Shown: piece by piece, positions 51,801 through 64,000 of the stretch | How positions within the stretch are numbered: the first letter of the stretch is position 1 | Layout: each line of letters opens with the position of its first letter | Assembly: GCA_051294375.1 (NCBI GenBank) | Contig: CM119264.1 | Location: 17,671,157 to 17,735,156 of the forward strand | From: Paraspadella gotoi | Taxonomy: Eukaryota > Animalia > Chaetognatha | DNA length: 64,000 nt | Direction of reading: 5' to 3' | Translations under genes and position numbers: made by a program | Notes under the pieces: model-generated | Database searches by the model: none | Told to the model about the DNA's origin: nothing | The model's input: only the letters and a program-made list of their open reading frames with translations

Positions 51801-52790
51801 AGGATATCAAAGTTAAATTATATCTGAAATAGTAAATGTTTTTAAAATGTTTTTAAATTTTTTAATATCATTGTTGTACGGTTTTAAATTTTTTTTTGTA
51901 AAGAAACAAACTTTATTTTTTTATTTTCTTTTCTTTATGTTTCCCATAAGACTCCAGAGCGTATTCAACTCCGGGATCGCCAAAACTCGGGGGATTTTAC
52001 TATGAAATTGTTACAATGACTGTATTTAATATATTTTTATTATTTTGCACGACGCAGAAGGACCTTAAACAGTCCGATGGCGAAATTTACAAAGTTTTTT
52101 TTACTTGTATTAATTTCACATTATCCTCAAAACTATTACTTAATCTTTTAGGTCTTTTCGATGGACGTCCAGCTGATTACGCATTTATGTGGCTGTTTTA
52201 ACTGGCTAAGTATCGTCGTAATTGCCTTCATTCTGGAATTTTCTCTTCTGATGGATCCCATGGTGTTGTCGGTGATGTACGTTTGGTGTCAGTTGAACAA
52301 AGACACAATCGTAAATTTTTGGTTTGGAACCCAATTTAAGGTAACTGTTCTTACGTCTATAATCTATTTTCATGCGTTTCACTCGCACCGTACATTTCTT
52401 GACTTTTCTTTTCTATTTGAAGGCAATGTACCTTCCTTGGGTTCTCTGCCTGTTTAATATGATTTTGCGCGGAGGAGGAATGTCCGAATTGCTCGGGATA
52501 TTTGTGGGTCACCTTTACTTTTTTCTTATGTTCAAATATCCTCAAGATTTCGGCGGGAGATCGTTTTGTCAACTCCCCAAGTAAACATTCCAAATCATTT
52601 TTCTTGACAGGTTATTATTGTTGTAACCAAAGCCTTTTTTTTTTATCAGTCCTTTACAAATGGTTTCCCAACCGACGGGGAGGCGTCTCCGGTTTTGGCC
52701 AAGCGCCGTCGAGTCGACGCGACGAGGGTCCTGATGGTGGTGTGGAGGTCGTCATCATTGGGCGGAGGACAAGCTTTGGGAGGAAGATGA
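48848..52790 (+). CDS. DERL1: Derlin-1; exons at about 48848-48942, 49000-49175, 52152-52340, 52423-52580 and 52650-52790 (several 1-nt indels, probably sequence errors)
   Basis: MASNDLGDWFKSIP..RYWF, FQIWRPLTA...YFLYSYSTRLETG, FDGRPADY, WCQLNKDTIVNFWFGTQFKAMYLPW, GHLYFFLMFKYPQDFGG, and a C-terminal SHP-like HWGGGQALG. Confidence 0.95.
49361..49490. repeat. Degenerate (CCCTAA)n telomere-like tract in DERL1 intron 2
   Basis: accctaaccctaaaccct... variants; a weaker (TTAGGG)-like tract lies near 51590-51640. Confidence 0.75.
49801..50552 (+). mobile_element. Helentron/DINE-1-like element (same family as 36.3-37.6 kb)
   Basis: Starts TTATCGTCGCAATCGC and ends TTTGCGACTATCCTTATGTTTTTAAG; long reverse-complement match to the PHF-intron copy. 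Confidence 0.7.
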
Positions 52791-53080
52791 TGGTGGTTCA
52801 CGTCGATCCTGGGTCATCTCATCTACCGAGAAGCTGTGACTGGGATTTAATTTGATGTTTCTTTTTAATTTCATATTTTTTCATGATAACCTTAGCGAAA
52901 GTTTCAAAATTTAATTGTTTCCGTTTATGACTCTTAAAGCTACTGAATTATTCATATTCTGTAATTTTGACAGGAAATATCGGTAATACTATTCTGTAAT
53001 GACCAGGAAACTTAAAACAACTATGTGAACGATGTTCTCGTTGGAAAATTTCCGTTTATTCAAGATACTACTTTTACTTT

Positions 53081-55940
53081 ATGAACAAGAATTTTTCCGA
53101 GAACTTTAAACTCACATCTCGAGGAGGTGGTTTGTCGATTAGTTCCTTCTCTGGAAACCACCGCTTGTCAAATTTTCTCCAAATGGTCGCCGAATAGCAA
53201 ACGCTGTTCAGTATAGGCTTATTATCAGGATGCTCACGAAACACTCGATGTATGTCTCGGGTTCGAAACATAAATGGTCTCTAACCGTATTTTAAAAGTT
53301 TTCATACCTTGATTGTTGATATCTTGTCAGGTTACTCACTTGTTTACCTGCTTGGACGCTATTCAAACTCTACAATGGTCCCCGGATTCTTTACTCATTA
53401 TGTGCGCTATGCCGAAGCCGCGGCCTTCTTCAAATTTGGTCACTCGACCACCCGAGTGGTAAATTGAATTGGGCCTACTTTTCTTGGCTGACTATGCGAC
53501 CGCTGATCGGACTGCAATTAAATTAACAAGCAAAATTTTTTACTTCATTTTATTAAGGACATGCAAAATTGACGAAGGTTCTGCGGGTCTCAAGTTCGCA
53601 TTTTGGGCCCCCGACTCAACTCACATCCTAACAATGGCTGAATTCGACATCCGCATGACAGTGTGGTCGTTATCCTCTAAGTCCGTCTCGTACATCAAAC
53701 ACGTTTCTAAGGCTGGAATAAACGGTCTCGCATTTTCTCGTAAGTATTTTTCAGGGGGAGAACATTTCAATGGTCTAAAATCCACTCACCATTCGCCCGG
53801 TGGCTGTCTAGCAGTTGAAGGGACAAGCCGGTTTAATCCGCCTGTAACATGGTTAATCCGTTTATAATTATAACTCGGTGCTCAAATCGACAAGGGATTG
53901 ATATTTTATGTACAGTTTAATCATTAATCATAAGTTGATTAATGATTATTCATTCTCCTCCTACGTAGGGGAAGACGGGGTAAGTTGGTGATGTTAATCT
54001 ATTTTTTCCATTTTTTTTTTTAAAAACACCTTTACCATTTTTTTTATTTTTATTACATGTATTTAATTATTAATTAATTGTGACCGTATTAAAGTACTGA
54101 ATTTTTTTTAAAAACTGGTCAAACTCCCCATTTTTCCCCATATATGGGGTAAGATGGGGAGGATGGGGAGCCGAACTGTTTTTAAAAAAATATGCTACTT
54201 CAAACACAAACAATACAGCACCAACAAAAATGCAACTGCCATTGATTATCATAACATTTTGATAATTTGTTAATAATATGGACAAAATAACATCGCATTC
54301 GGACATTGCAATAACATGAAACGACATAACTGCCATTCTTTGGCAAAAGAAACCAAAAACTAAAAAAAATACAGAGAAACGAAAACTGTAGCACTAAAGG
54401 ATATCAATCTCTTTAAAATCAATGGCTCTTGAGAATTTGTATTAGCTCATAGGCCGTCCAGTGGGTTAAATCAGAAGTTTTGGGGCAAGTCTTAGGTTTT
54501 TTGCATTATCCAGCTAGAAGCATTGACAAGGATGTTAATTTTTACATATTATATCATGTCATATATTACTATTGTCTTTATAATCTATGGAATTGTATTT
54601 TAGTTGCTTGCCTTATGAATTTAAATAGGTCTGATTTGTAAATGGAACATATTTAAACATTAATTTCCCTGGAAGCTATTGGAGGGCCCATTTTTCCCAT
54701 GACACAGCATCAATGGCCTTTTCCAATAAATTTTCATTCCATCCACCTCTACTAGTTTTTCTAATGTAGTTTCTCGGCATTCTAACTATCTACTACAACA
54801 AATCTAAAACAAAAAATGATTCGTGCATCCGCATCTTGCCCAAGAAATTCTCCACATCTTACCCAAACGCGAAAAAACTGAAGTTTCAATTTTTTAAAAT
54901 TTTGCACAATAAATGTTGAAAGTGAAAACTCCTACATATTACTACATTGATAGGGAAAGCCAGGTACTCTGAGAGTGAATAAACGGGACTGTGAGGAGGT
55001 CTTGATTGAAAGCTTGCAGGGACTGCTATGTCATTATCTTGTAAGAGTGATGGAGGCCTTAAAACACCAAAGCCTGTCCAAAGTCAGGGGCAAGATAGTT
55101 GTTTATTAAATGAATGGATAATTTTTATATTGGTTGTACCAATTTCATAACGTAGATAAGCAATCTATAAAACAGTTGTTATACGTTGTTATACGTTGTT
55201 ATACATGAGCATATAAAAAAACCTTAAGTTGGGCAATGCTAAAATAAATAACAAAATGCAAAATTTTACATATTTTAGCATAACTTTTGCAAAAGTCAAG
55301 AAATCAGTTGGAAAGTTCATGGGTCATCATAAGATGAGAAGTTGCAGCTATTCAGACAACAAAAACGGAATGAAGATACTTCATGGAGCTAAAATTAGTA
55401 ATCTCCATCTTACACATGTCCCCGGTCTTACCCCGTCCTCCCCTACTTATCCTTTTAAGCGGACGGGCGATATTTAGCACTCGCAGAACGACGGGAATGC
55501 AAAGATGCTCTGTCCATTTTCGACCTGACGTCTTGGTCAATGACTAGGCACTTTTCCTTGCCGACGCGGGAATTGGCCGGTTTGACTTGGAACCAGTGAC
55601 AACTGAACATTTTCTCGCTGTCTGGGATTCACTTGTTTACGGATTCGACCTTATTCTTTTTTCTCTCACCGGGTGAGGCTATTGGAAGATTTGATCACCC
55701 TCAGTTTTGCGTTTCTGCAGTTCGCTCGCAATAAGCTTACATCATTAGGACCCAGCATGGTAAGTCGTTGTTATAATCAATTTTGTTCGATATTTTAATT
55801 TTATAACGGCTTCTCAGGTTAAATTTTCACCCTGCGGTCAATTGGTCGCCGCTGGATCTGCCGATCCTCTTTTTCGACGATTTAGTAATCCTCAATTCAT
55901 TGTCGTGGCAACGAATAACCGAATTAGGCACAATCTACTC
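53081..55940 (+). CDS. WRAP73: WD repeat-containing protein WRAP73/WDR8, 5' part only (cut by the duplication breakpoint; contains indels)
   Basis: [10 protein letters not shown]...VKFSPNG...[18 protein letters not shown]...[60 protein letters not shown]. Confidence 0.9.
53968..55443. mobile_element. MITE with TA TSD (Tc1/mariner-pogo type) in a WRAP73 intron
   Basis: 17-bp TIR GGGGA(A/G)GACGGGGTAAG with TA on both sides; internal GGGTAAGATG subterminal motifs. Confidence 0.85.
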
Positions 55941-55944
55941 CTTA

Positions 55945-58900
55945 TTCTTTTTCATATTATTGTTAAAATTATATCTCTAACATAATATTTTTTAACAGAT
56001 TTGGGGCAAAAAATGGTCCTTAACAAGCAGTAAAAAAGATTAATCCTCTATAAAGTAAACCAGGCTTGAGTTGTTGCTGCATAATATGATAATTCATTGT
56101 TTTTCACTTCAAAAAATCTTTATTTTTTATATAAGTTATAAACAATAAATAAGGTGAAATTCTCTCGCATCTTTATTCTTGTTTAAGGCAGTGATTTCTA
56201 TCGAGGATTCAGCAAAAAAACCACTTTTTGCAATTTATTGCTAGTGTTAAGAGAGGTCGTGCGCAGCGTGAAATCTGGCGTCGTAACGTAAACAATGATT
56301 TTTGCTTAGCGTTCGTCAAGGATTTAGAAAGGTTGATACTGAGTTTGAACGCGCCGGATTCAAACGCTGCGGCAGAAGATTAATAATTTTTCCACTCCCC
56401 GGAGAATGCCTACTAAGTATGTATTGAACATGAACTATGAGAAATATGTTTGTTATGTTTATTATTGTTACTGAAGGTTTTTAACTCTACACTACATCAC
56501 GTTATCAACATGGGCGTTCTGGAGTCAGGGAAATTCTAGTGCTGAAGGCTATGAACAATACTAAATATTAAAAACTTATATGTCATAATCCGGGGATTAA
56601 AATTAAACTAAACTATTAATTCTAATTCAACATTAAATCTAAATAAACCTAAATCAGCCGAAGCAGCAGCAGCAGAGCGCAGATCATAAACCTTGATCGC
56701 GTGAGGAGTCAAAGAGGGAGCTACCAATAAGGACGGGTTCTCGAGGCCGCCTCGCGAGAACACGTCGATTAGAGCATCGGAGCATTGGGATGGCAACATC
56801 GCCGATGATCTGCTCGTCGCAAAGCCCGCGACAGGAGTCTTCACCTACTTGGAGTCAGCGTTAAACCGGTCTCAAAAGCTAGAAACTATGGTACGACGTC
56901 GTCTCAATCGTCTTGCGAGATGATTCGCCAAAAGGTTGGTCAAGGACTTAGAATGGCAGAGAAAGTTAGTGTATAGCGATAGAGAGAGAGAAAGAACGAA
57001 CGAATATAGAATACAGATGGAGAGAGCAAAACGAGGGTGGATAAAAGAGATGAGCTCAAAGAAAAGTTGAGAGAAATTCGAAACGAACTGAGAAAGAATA
57101 ATGAAGGTGGAGGAAAGGCAGAGAAATGGAAGTTAGAGTGCAAGACGGATGACAATGAAAGAAAGGAGAGAGCAGAGAGGGAGAGGCTAACGAAACTAAG
57201 TGGAGACAGATTGGAAGGCGGATGTATGAAGGTGTCTCAACGAAGAGTCATTGGAAGTGGACGACGCAATAGGATCGCCCGACGCCAATGGATTCACAAG
57301 GAACCGTCTGCCGAAAACGAATGGTGCGCCAATCCGATTACACCGCCGCTGCATGAGAACCGATAAAGAAGCTGAGGCTGTTGCGTGAGAAGCCTGTCAC
57401 GATGCTGTCTGCAGAAGATGTTGCTGCTAAAGAAGTGCGCTAAAGACGCTGCTGCTGAAGATCTCGATTGAAAAGGCTGCTGTAGAAGTTACTGCAAAGA
57501 AGCTGCTGCTAAAGAAGTCGCTGCTGAAGAATTTTCTGAAAAAGATGCTGCTGATGAAAGAGTTGCTGCCCAAGAAGTTCAAATGAAGTTGCGGAAAAGG
57601 ATGAGGGAAAAGTTGTGGAGAGTTGCGGAAAGAGTTGCGAAAGAAAGTTGCGGTAAAGGATGCGGAAAAAGTTGTGGAAAGTTGTGGAAGAAACTGTCAA
57701 ATGGAGAAACTGAGGAGAGATCAATCGGCCACCCATCCGCCTGTAATCGGAAGACGTTGTGGAGAAATGCGTTGAAATGCCATTGTTGAACGCCGAATTG
57801 CTGCCATTGCTGGCGCTGCTATCATTTGTGTGGAGGAGAAATTTTTGCAATTCATCCTTTGAGCTTAACTTCAAGCTGTTGAGTAGTTGAGGCTTTGCTG
57901 TCACTCAATCTCATGGACAGTTCCTGTTGTGTCAGATTACAAGGTCATTCACATGAAGAGCGTCGGGGATCTCCACCCGCTGCTTTCATTGTATAATTTC
58001 TATAAATCCTCGTATGAAATAAGGAGATCAATAAGATGGAAATGTATAAGATTAGGTTATGACACTACGGTTTGGATCCAACTTAGTATCACGAACTCTT
58101 CACTACAGTTTAATCGCCTCTACTTTGTAGATAAAGAGAAAGAAATGACGAGTTTAAATGATGAACCAATGATTAATGAACATTGCTGGCTACAGATCCA
58201 GTCTTCATGAAAATATTGAAAAAATGAAAAAAAAAAGAAAAAAAGTGTTTATCAAATCTGGCTAGCTTGGTCTCACAATCAAAACTGCTAATATTGATAA
58301 AATATTTGAGCATATCGATTATGATGCTCGTCTAAAGAGAAGAAAAAAGACGAGGAAGGAGAAGGAATCCTTTAACTTACTGCTTGGAGCAGCTGACAAA
58401 GTTGGAGTAGAAACAAAAATTTGTTGACGACTCACATTCAAGAGGATAAGGTGTGAGAGAAATATTCTGGAGTGAAAGGAAAACTCAGGAATTGTTTAAA
58501 ATTAAGAACACATTCAAGAGGCTTGGATGTGTATGCCATGGACATGAGTTGAGAGGCGACTATGAGAGGAAAAGTAAAGGTCTTCTTTGGCTCAGAGAGA
58601 ACGACGTTGACGACAACAGTGGAGATTGTTGTCTAAACAAATCAACATTTTTTATTAAAGTTTGTGGACCAGGTTGACCTTTCACTTATAAAAGAAGTAA
58701 TAAATGAGAGAAGCAATGAGAAGATAGATGGGGCGTATTTAGATTTGTTTATCTCGTTTGGTGCCCAGCAATAAATCACCTGAAATTAACACAAGATTTA
58801 AAGACGGAAGTTATAGAAAGTTGACTGAGGCTGAAACAAGTTTGAAAAGACGTGAAACTGAGTGAGGCAAGTTTGAGACAAATTTATTAAATTTGATCGT

Positions 58901-61900
58901 CTCTGAATACAGTGATATTAACTAAACAAATTGATTAATCTGTGAACAAGAGGGGGGGAGGAAATTCCAAGAAAGAACTTTCAATGGTGATCAGTTTCCC
59001 AACATGCACCCTCACTCTTTCTGAACCTCGCATGCACGAAAGTAACACCCCCAGACAAGATGATCGACGCAAAAGGAGAAGACATCGAAAATCCGGGGCC
59101 CATGAACGCCACGGGGGGAGCGGCAATAAGCAGGCGTCATCAAGGAGACGATGCCGTTGCCAGCAAAAATCGTTCAGACAGGGGTCAAGGAGACGACGCT
59201 GGGGCCATGACAACGGCAGATCGACGCGTGAGTCGGTGGCGCTCGGGATGCCGACGGGGGAGTTTGGCGCCTCCATCAAATTTTGGAGCCAACTGAGTTG
59301 GTTGGTCGGTTCAAGGAGATGCCAAGGAGACCGTCAGCTACTTCAAAGGGGTCGTCAAGCGCAGCCGAAACTCATGGGGGATAAAAACTCGGGTTGCATG
59401 CTGAGTGGACAAATTTGCAGACGGCTTTACTGCACAGGACGAAGAGCAGGCGGTGCGGACGACCTCTCTATTGATTAGTGTCCGTGTACGTACAGGGGGG
59501 AGTGTTAAGAGAGGTCGTGCGCGCGTGAAATCTGGCTGTCGTAACGTAAACAATGATTTTTTCTTAGCGTTCGTCAAGGATTTAGAAAGGTTGATACTGA
59601 GTTTGAAACGCGCCAGGATTCAAACGCTGCGGCAGAAGATTAATAATTTTTCACACTCCCCGAGAATGCCTACTAAGTATGTTATTGACATGAACTATGA
59701 GAAATATGTTTGTTATGTTTATTATTGTACTGAAGTTTTTAACTCTACACTACATCACCGTTATCACATGGGCGTTCTGGAGTCAGGGAATTCAGCTAGC
59801 AGAACAAACTTTCAAATAGCTAGAATATTATCAACAGAATTGATTAAATTTGAACCCTAAGACAAAGTGGGCTGGACTACGGATTAATTAAAATCATCTG
59901 CTGCTTTTTCTAATCAAGAATCGATATAATTTTTGCAACTTTTAATAAAAAAAAATATGTCCATTTTTGTCCATTTTGACTTTTGTCTTGAGATTTGGAC
60001 GTCAAGATCATTGAAGAAAAATTTTTTACTCCGGATTTCGGGTAATTCTTATCTTCTTTACCACTGAGTGGGTTCATTTGCCGTTGGTCATCCATTGTTT
60101 GCTTATGAATTAATTTTTAAATTGACTAGTAAAAAAATTACATTTTTACATTTTATTACAATTTGTTAAACGAAAATACTTCAAAATGTCCACAAATCTA
60201 ATCAAATATTCCCTTTCAACGGTGCTTCTGGTACCTAAAAAATTAGGGCAAAAAATTTAATAGTTTTGCAGAAATTAAATTTTTAAGTCAACTTTTAATT
60301 TGTGAGGATTTGTGAGGTGCGTTTTATTTGAACTAAAACTCGGTTTTTGACTTATTTTATAGTTTTAATAGATGAGAAATATACTAAGGTTAACGAATTA
60401 AAAAAAACCGCATTCTTTTAATGTAATGGAAAGCGTCAGTAATTTTTTTCCTCTCAATCGACAGGTTTTTGCGGAAAAAATTTCCGCAAAAATCTTCGAT
60501 TTTTTAAATCTGCTAGGCAACCAAACTTTGAATAAAATCATACGCTACCCAATATTTTTTTTCTTACAATACATTTTAAAGATTTTTATACATCCAGTAT
60601 GATATAAATGCAAAAAATGAGTGAGAATAAAAAAAAGATAAGAGAAGAGAGAGCATGTGTGAAAAAAAAGTTGTAGGGAGAGAGAGAAAGAGTGGAAAGA
60701 AATTAATATATGGGGAGAAGGGGGGAAAACGAAAACAATTAAGAGAAAAGAAAAGATAAGAAAGAGGGAAGAAAAAGAATCAGAGAGGGAGAGAAAAGCA
60801 GAGATAGAGAGGAAGAGAAATAAAGGTAAAGGAAGAAAAGAATGGATGACACAGAAAAATATGAAGACAGAAAAGTCGGAGAAAGGGAGAGAAAGACAGA
60901 GAGAAAGAGAGAAAAGAGAGGGACAGAGAGAAGGTTCAAGAGAGAAAAAATAGTGGAAAAAATGGAAAAAAGTTTTAAAATATAGCGTGCCGTTTTTTTG
61001 CCTAATCTGTAGTATATCTAAAAAACGTGATAGATCTGACGAGCAATTTAATCTTTAAAAGTTGCCCTTACCATGAAAAATCGTTTTAGTTTCATCTTAA
61101 GGTAAAAGAAATTATGTCTTACCGTATTTTGAAAGCATAGAAATTCACCCAGTGAGTTCGATGTTATAAAGAGAAAATAACTATAGCCAACCGTTTTTTT
61201 AAATGAAGCGTGTTTTAATTTAATCAGTGGAAAAAAAAGAAATAATAGTTATATAAGTTTCAATTCTATTGTTGAAAATACCCGAATAGAAATCACTGCC
61301 TTAACCTTTCAACAAAGTAAACTCCTCAGTCCTACTGCTGACGTGCGAACGTCATGTCATTTCAAAAGCCACTAAACTGCCTCAGTGCGCATTTTTATTA
61401 TTATTACTATCATTATTTAAATATATAAATAAACTCTGCGCAATTATTATTTTATATTGTTCTGTGCGGATTTTTCTTTCAGTTCTATTTTTTTTAACTT
61501 AACATAAGTGGTATTTTAAAACTTTCATTGTCATTATTATGCATTTTATTGATGAAATCTGTCATTTTTTTGATTTTTGATCGGTAGAGCTATATCTAGA
61601 GAAAAACGTGAACGTTCTACTTCTTGCGCAAACGCCGCGTACTGGTCGAAAGTAAACAAGGAAGAGTAATTTAAACCCCGGTTGTCTCCCCAAGAGAAAA
61701 ACGCGAACGTTGATTTTGTCAGAAAACAGTAACAATGGCATCTAATGATTTGGGAGATTGGTTTAAATCAATTCCTCAGATATCCCGATACTGGTTTACT
61801 GGATCTCTCGTTTTGCCTCTTCTTGGAAGGTAGATTATGCTTAAAATAACGTTTCAATAGTTTTATTTAATTAAATGTTTTACAGGTTTGGGCTCCTGTC

Positions 61901-64000
61901 ACCTATGTGGTGCATACTTCATTGGGGGATGTTCTGGAAGCGTTTTCAAATATGGCGACCACTTACTGCCGTTCTTTATTATCCAATTAGTCCTTCGACA
62001 GGGTTTGCTTACTTGATCAATTTATACTTTCTATACAGTTATTCGACGAGATTAGAAACAGGTTGGTTTTTGCTCCTGCTGATGGACGAGCGTTTTTGAA
62101 AAAACCTCATTAGAAAATGTAAAGTCCAGACGAATATCTACAACTCAGATGCTAAAATGCTAAAATATTTCAGGCTAAACTTTACATTAAAAACATTTAA
62201 AAATATATATATTTTTTTAAAAAATTAAAAAAATAAAACCCAATTACCCTAACCCTAAACCCTCTTAACCCTAACCTCCCCTAAACCTAAACCCTCGTAA
62301 CCCTAACCACCCTTAACCCTAAAACACCCATAAACCACCCCTAAACCATTTTCAACCCTAACCCTTCCCTAACCCCGGTCGGCGAAAGTAAAAGTAACCC
62401 ATATTTCAAATATGTGTAAAGTAAGAATTATTTCACAGCAGATTCCGGCTTTATAATTCATTTTGTCGGTCCGTCCCCCCACTTTTGTCAGTAAATCATT
62501 TAAATTGTGTCAGAACATCGAATTATGATAAATTATGCAAAAAAATTGATGTCCGTCCGTCTGTCTGTCCGTCCGTCCTCCCCCTTAACTTTGAACGCCA
62601 ATTACTCAATTACTCACGTCCGAGTGGAAATGAGTTTAAATGGAAAAAACAAAAAACCTATTTTACTAATTGATTTTGCTACTTTTTTTATCGTCGCAAT
62701 CGCTTTGCGTAGGCGTCGTCGGCGTTGTCGTCGGCGTTCCAAATTATAGATCGCCTTTTTTATGATTAAATTTGGGTGTATGAAGCTGAAAATTTATATA
62801 CAGCTTTTCATCATCGATGTGCTTAAAATTGAGTCAGGACAGTTATTAAATATGTTTTGTTTACGTTTTATCAAAACAAACAAATTTTCTCTTTTATTTT
62901 TATATATCTTTCTCTCTCTCTTTTCTCTTTTAATTATAAGTCTCTCTCCCTCTCTCTTTTTCCCTAGTGACTGATTCATAGGGAAAAAAAACTAGTCTGC
63001 AGCTGGCTCTGCAGGGGCTCTTTCTTTTTTTCTCTTTTCTCCTGCTGCTTCTGCTGCTGCCTTTTAATTTTTCTTTTTTTTTCTCTCTCACGCTGCGATT
63101 AAAATAAAAATTGAATTAGGAATAGGATTGAACTCGTAAAATTAGGCCTCGCATTCGTGCAAGTTATCATTTTGCTATCGCATCATCGGGTTTTTATTTC
63201 GTTTTTTTTCTCTGATTAGTTTATTTTTTGACAATGAAAATTTTTTCTTCTTTTTTTCTTTTTTTTAAGAAACTGTAACTTTAATTTTTCTCGGTCTTTA
63301 TTATTTTTTTTAATTGATAATCGCAAAATATAATTTTTCTTTCTGTTTATAAATTAATTTTTTCTCAATTTTTTTTAGTATCAAAATTTGTCGTTAATCC
63401 AGATTTTTTTTATACGTTTGCGACTATCCTTATGTTTTTAAGATTTTTTATATTAAATATAAATGCAAGATGTATAAATTAATTAATCAATTAGTCCATT
63501 AATAAGTCAATTAATTATTGAATCAATCAATTTATTTACCTATTAATTAATTATTCAATCAATAAATTTATTAATTATTCTAGCAATAAATCAATCAATC
63601 AAATAAGTCAATCAATTAATCGTTATCTGCATTATTGTCATCGTCCCCATCATCGTCGTTGCTTTTGTCGTGGTCAATGATGAAAAGATCTAAAAACAAA
63701 CATGTCGGATCAAATCAATTAATTAATTAATTACCGATAATAATAGTGGGCAGATCCGGCATTGTTTGTTCAAACTTGTTTATCAAAAACTAGGGCAGTC
63801 CTGGAGATCAATACGCTCTGGAGGCATATGGAAATTAATTATAAAAATAGGTTAGGGTTAGGAGTAGAAATCTACTATGAAATTAAATTCAATAGGGACG
63901 GGGGTTGAAAACTTTAGTCTTGAAGTCTACTTTTAGGTAAAAAAAGAATTTTTAACAAAAGTTCGATTTTAATGCTTTTATTGTTGCTATTAAAATTATA
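55945..64000 (+). repeat. Second copy of about 43068-51105 (Kolobok-type element 56187-61300, LTR element 56245-59818, DERL1 exons 1-2)
   Basis: Offset is 12877 across the LTR element and drifts to 12887 at the DERL1 ATG; identical ORFs appear in the ORF track. Confidence 0.97.
61735..62061 (+). CDS. DERL1: Derlin-1, duplicate copy, exons 1-2 (61735-61829 and 61886-62061); continues beyond the window
   Basis: Same exons as copy 1, reading SPMWCILHWGMFWKRFQIWR. Confidence 0.9.

Overview
AT-rich animal (invertebrate-like) genomic DNA from a gapped draft assembly; the taxon cannot be determined from the sequence. Positions 1-25 kb are mostly low-complexity or non-coding, with one Kelch-repeat gene. 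Positions 26.8-39.1 kb hold four compact minus-strand housekeeping genes (calumenin, TXNDC17, ANKRD40, PHF13/23-like) with mostly 60-260 nt introns. Derlin-1 and a truncated WRAP73 lie at 48.8-55.9 kb on the plus strand. The segment from about 43.07 kb recurs from about 55.95 kb (offset about 12.88 kb), probably as an assembly artefact. Mobile DNA is abundant: two TTAA-target Kolobok-type elements (one carrying a nested non-autonomous LTR element), TA-target MITEs, Helentron/DINE-1-like elements and a CRE-like endonuclease relic. The best leads are: (1) a short LTR, preceded by a polypurine tract, that carries a tRNA-derived Pol III cassette (Ajax/Cassandra-like TRIM); (2) a cluster of Penelope-type minimal hammerhead ribozyme motifs; (3) unpaired splice acceptors at or just before start codons with very short gene spacing, suggesting trans-splicing or operons; (4) an unannotated 83-aa single-TM ORF head-to-head with TXNDC17. 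All calls were read by eye; no database searches were run.
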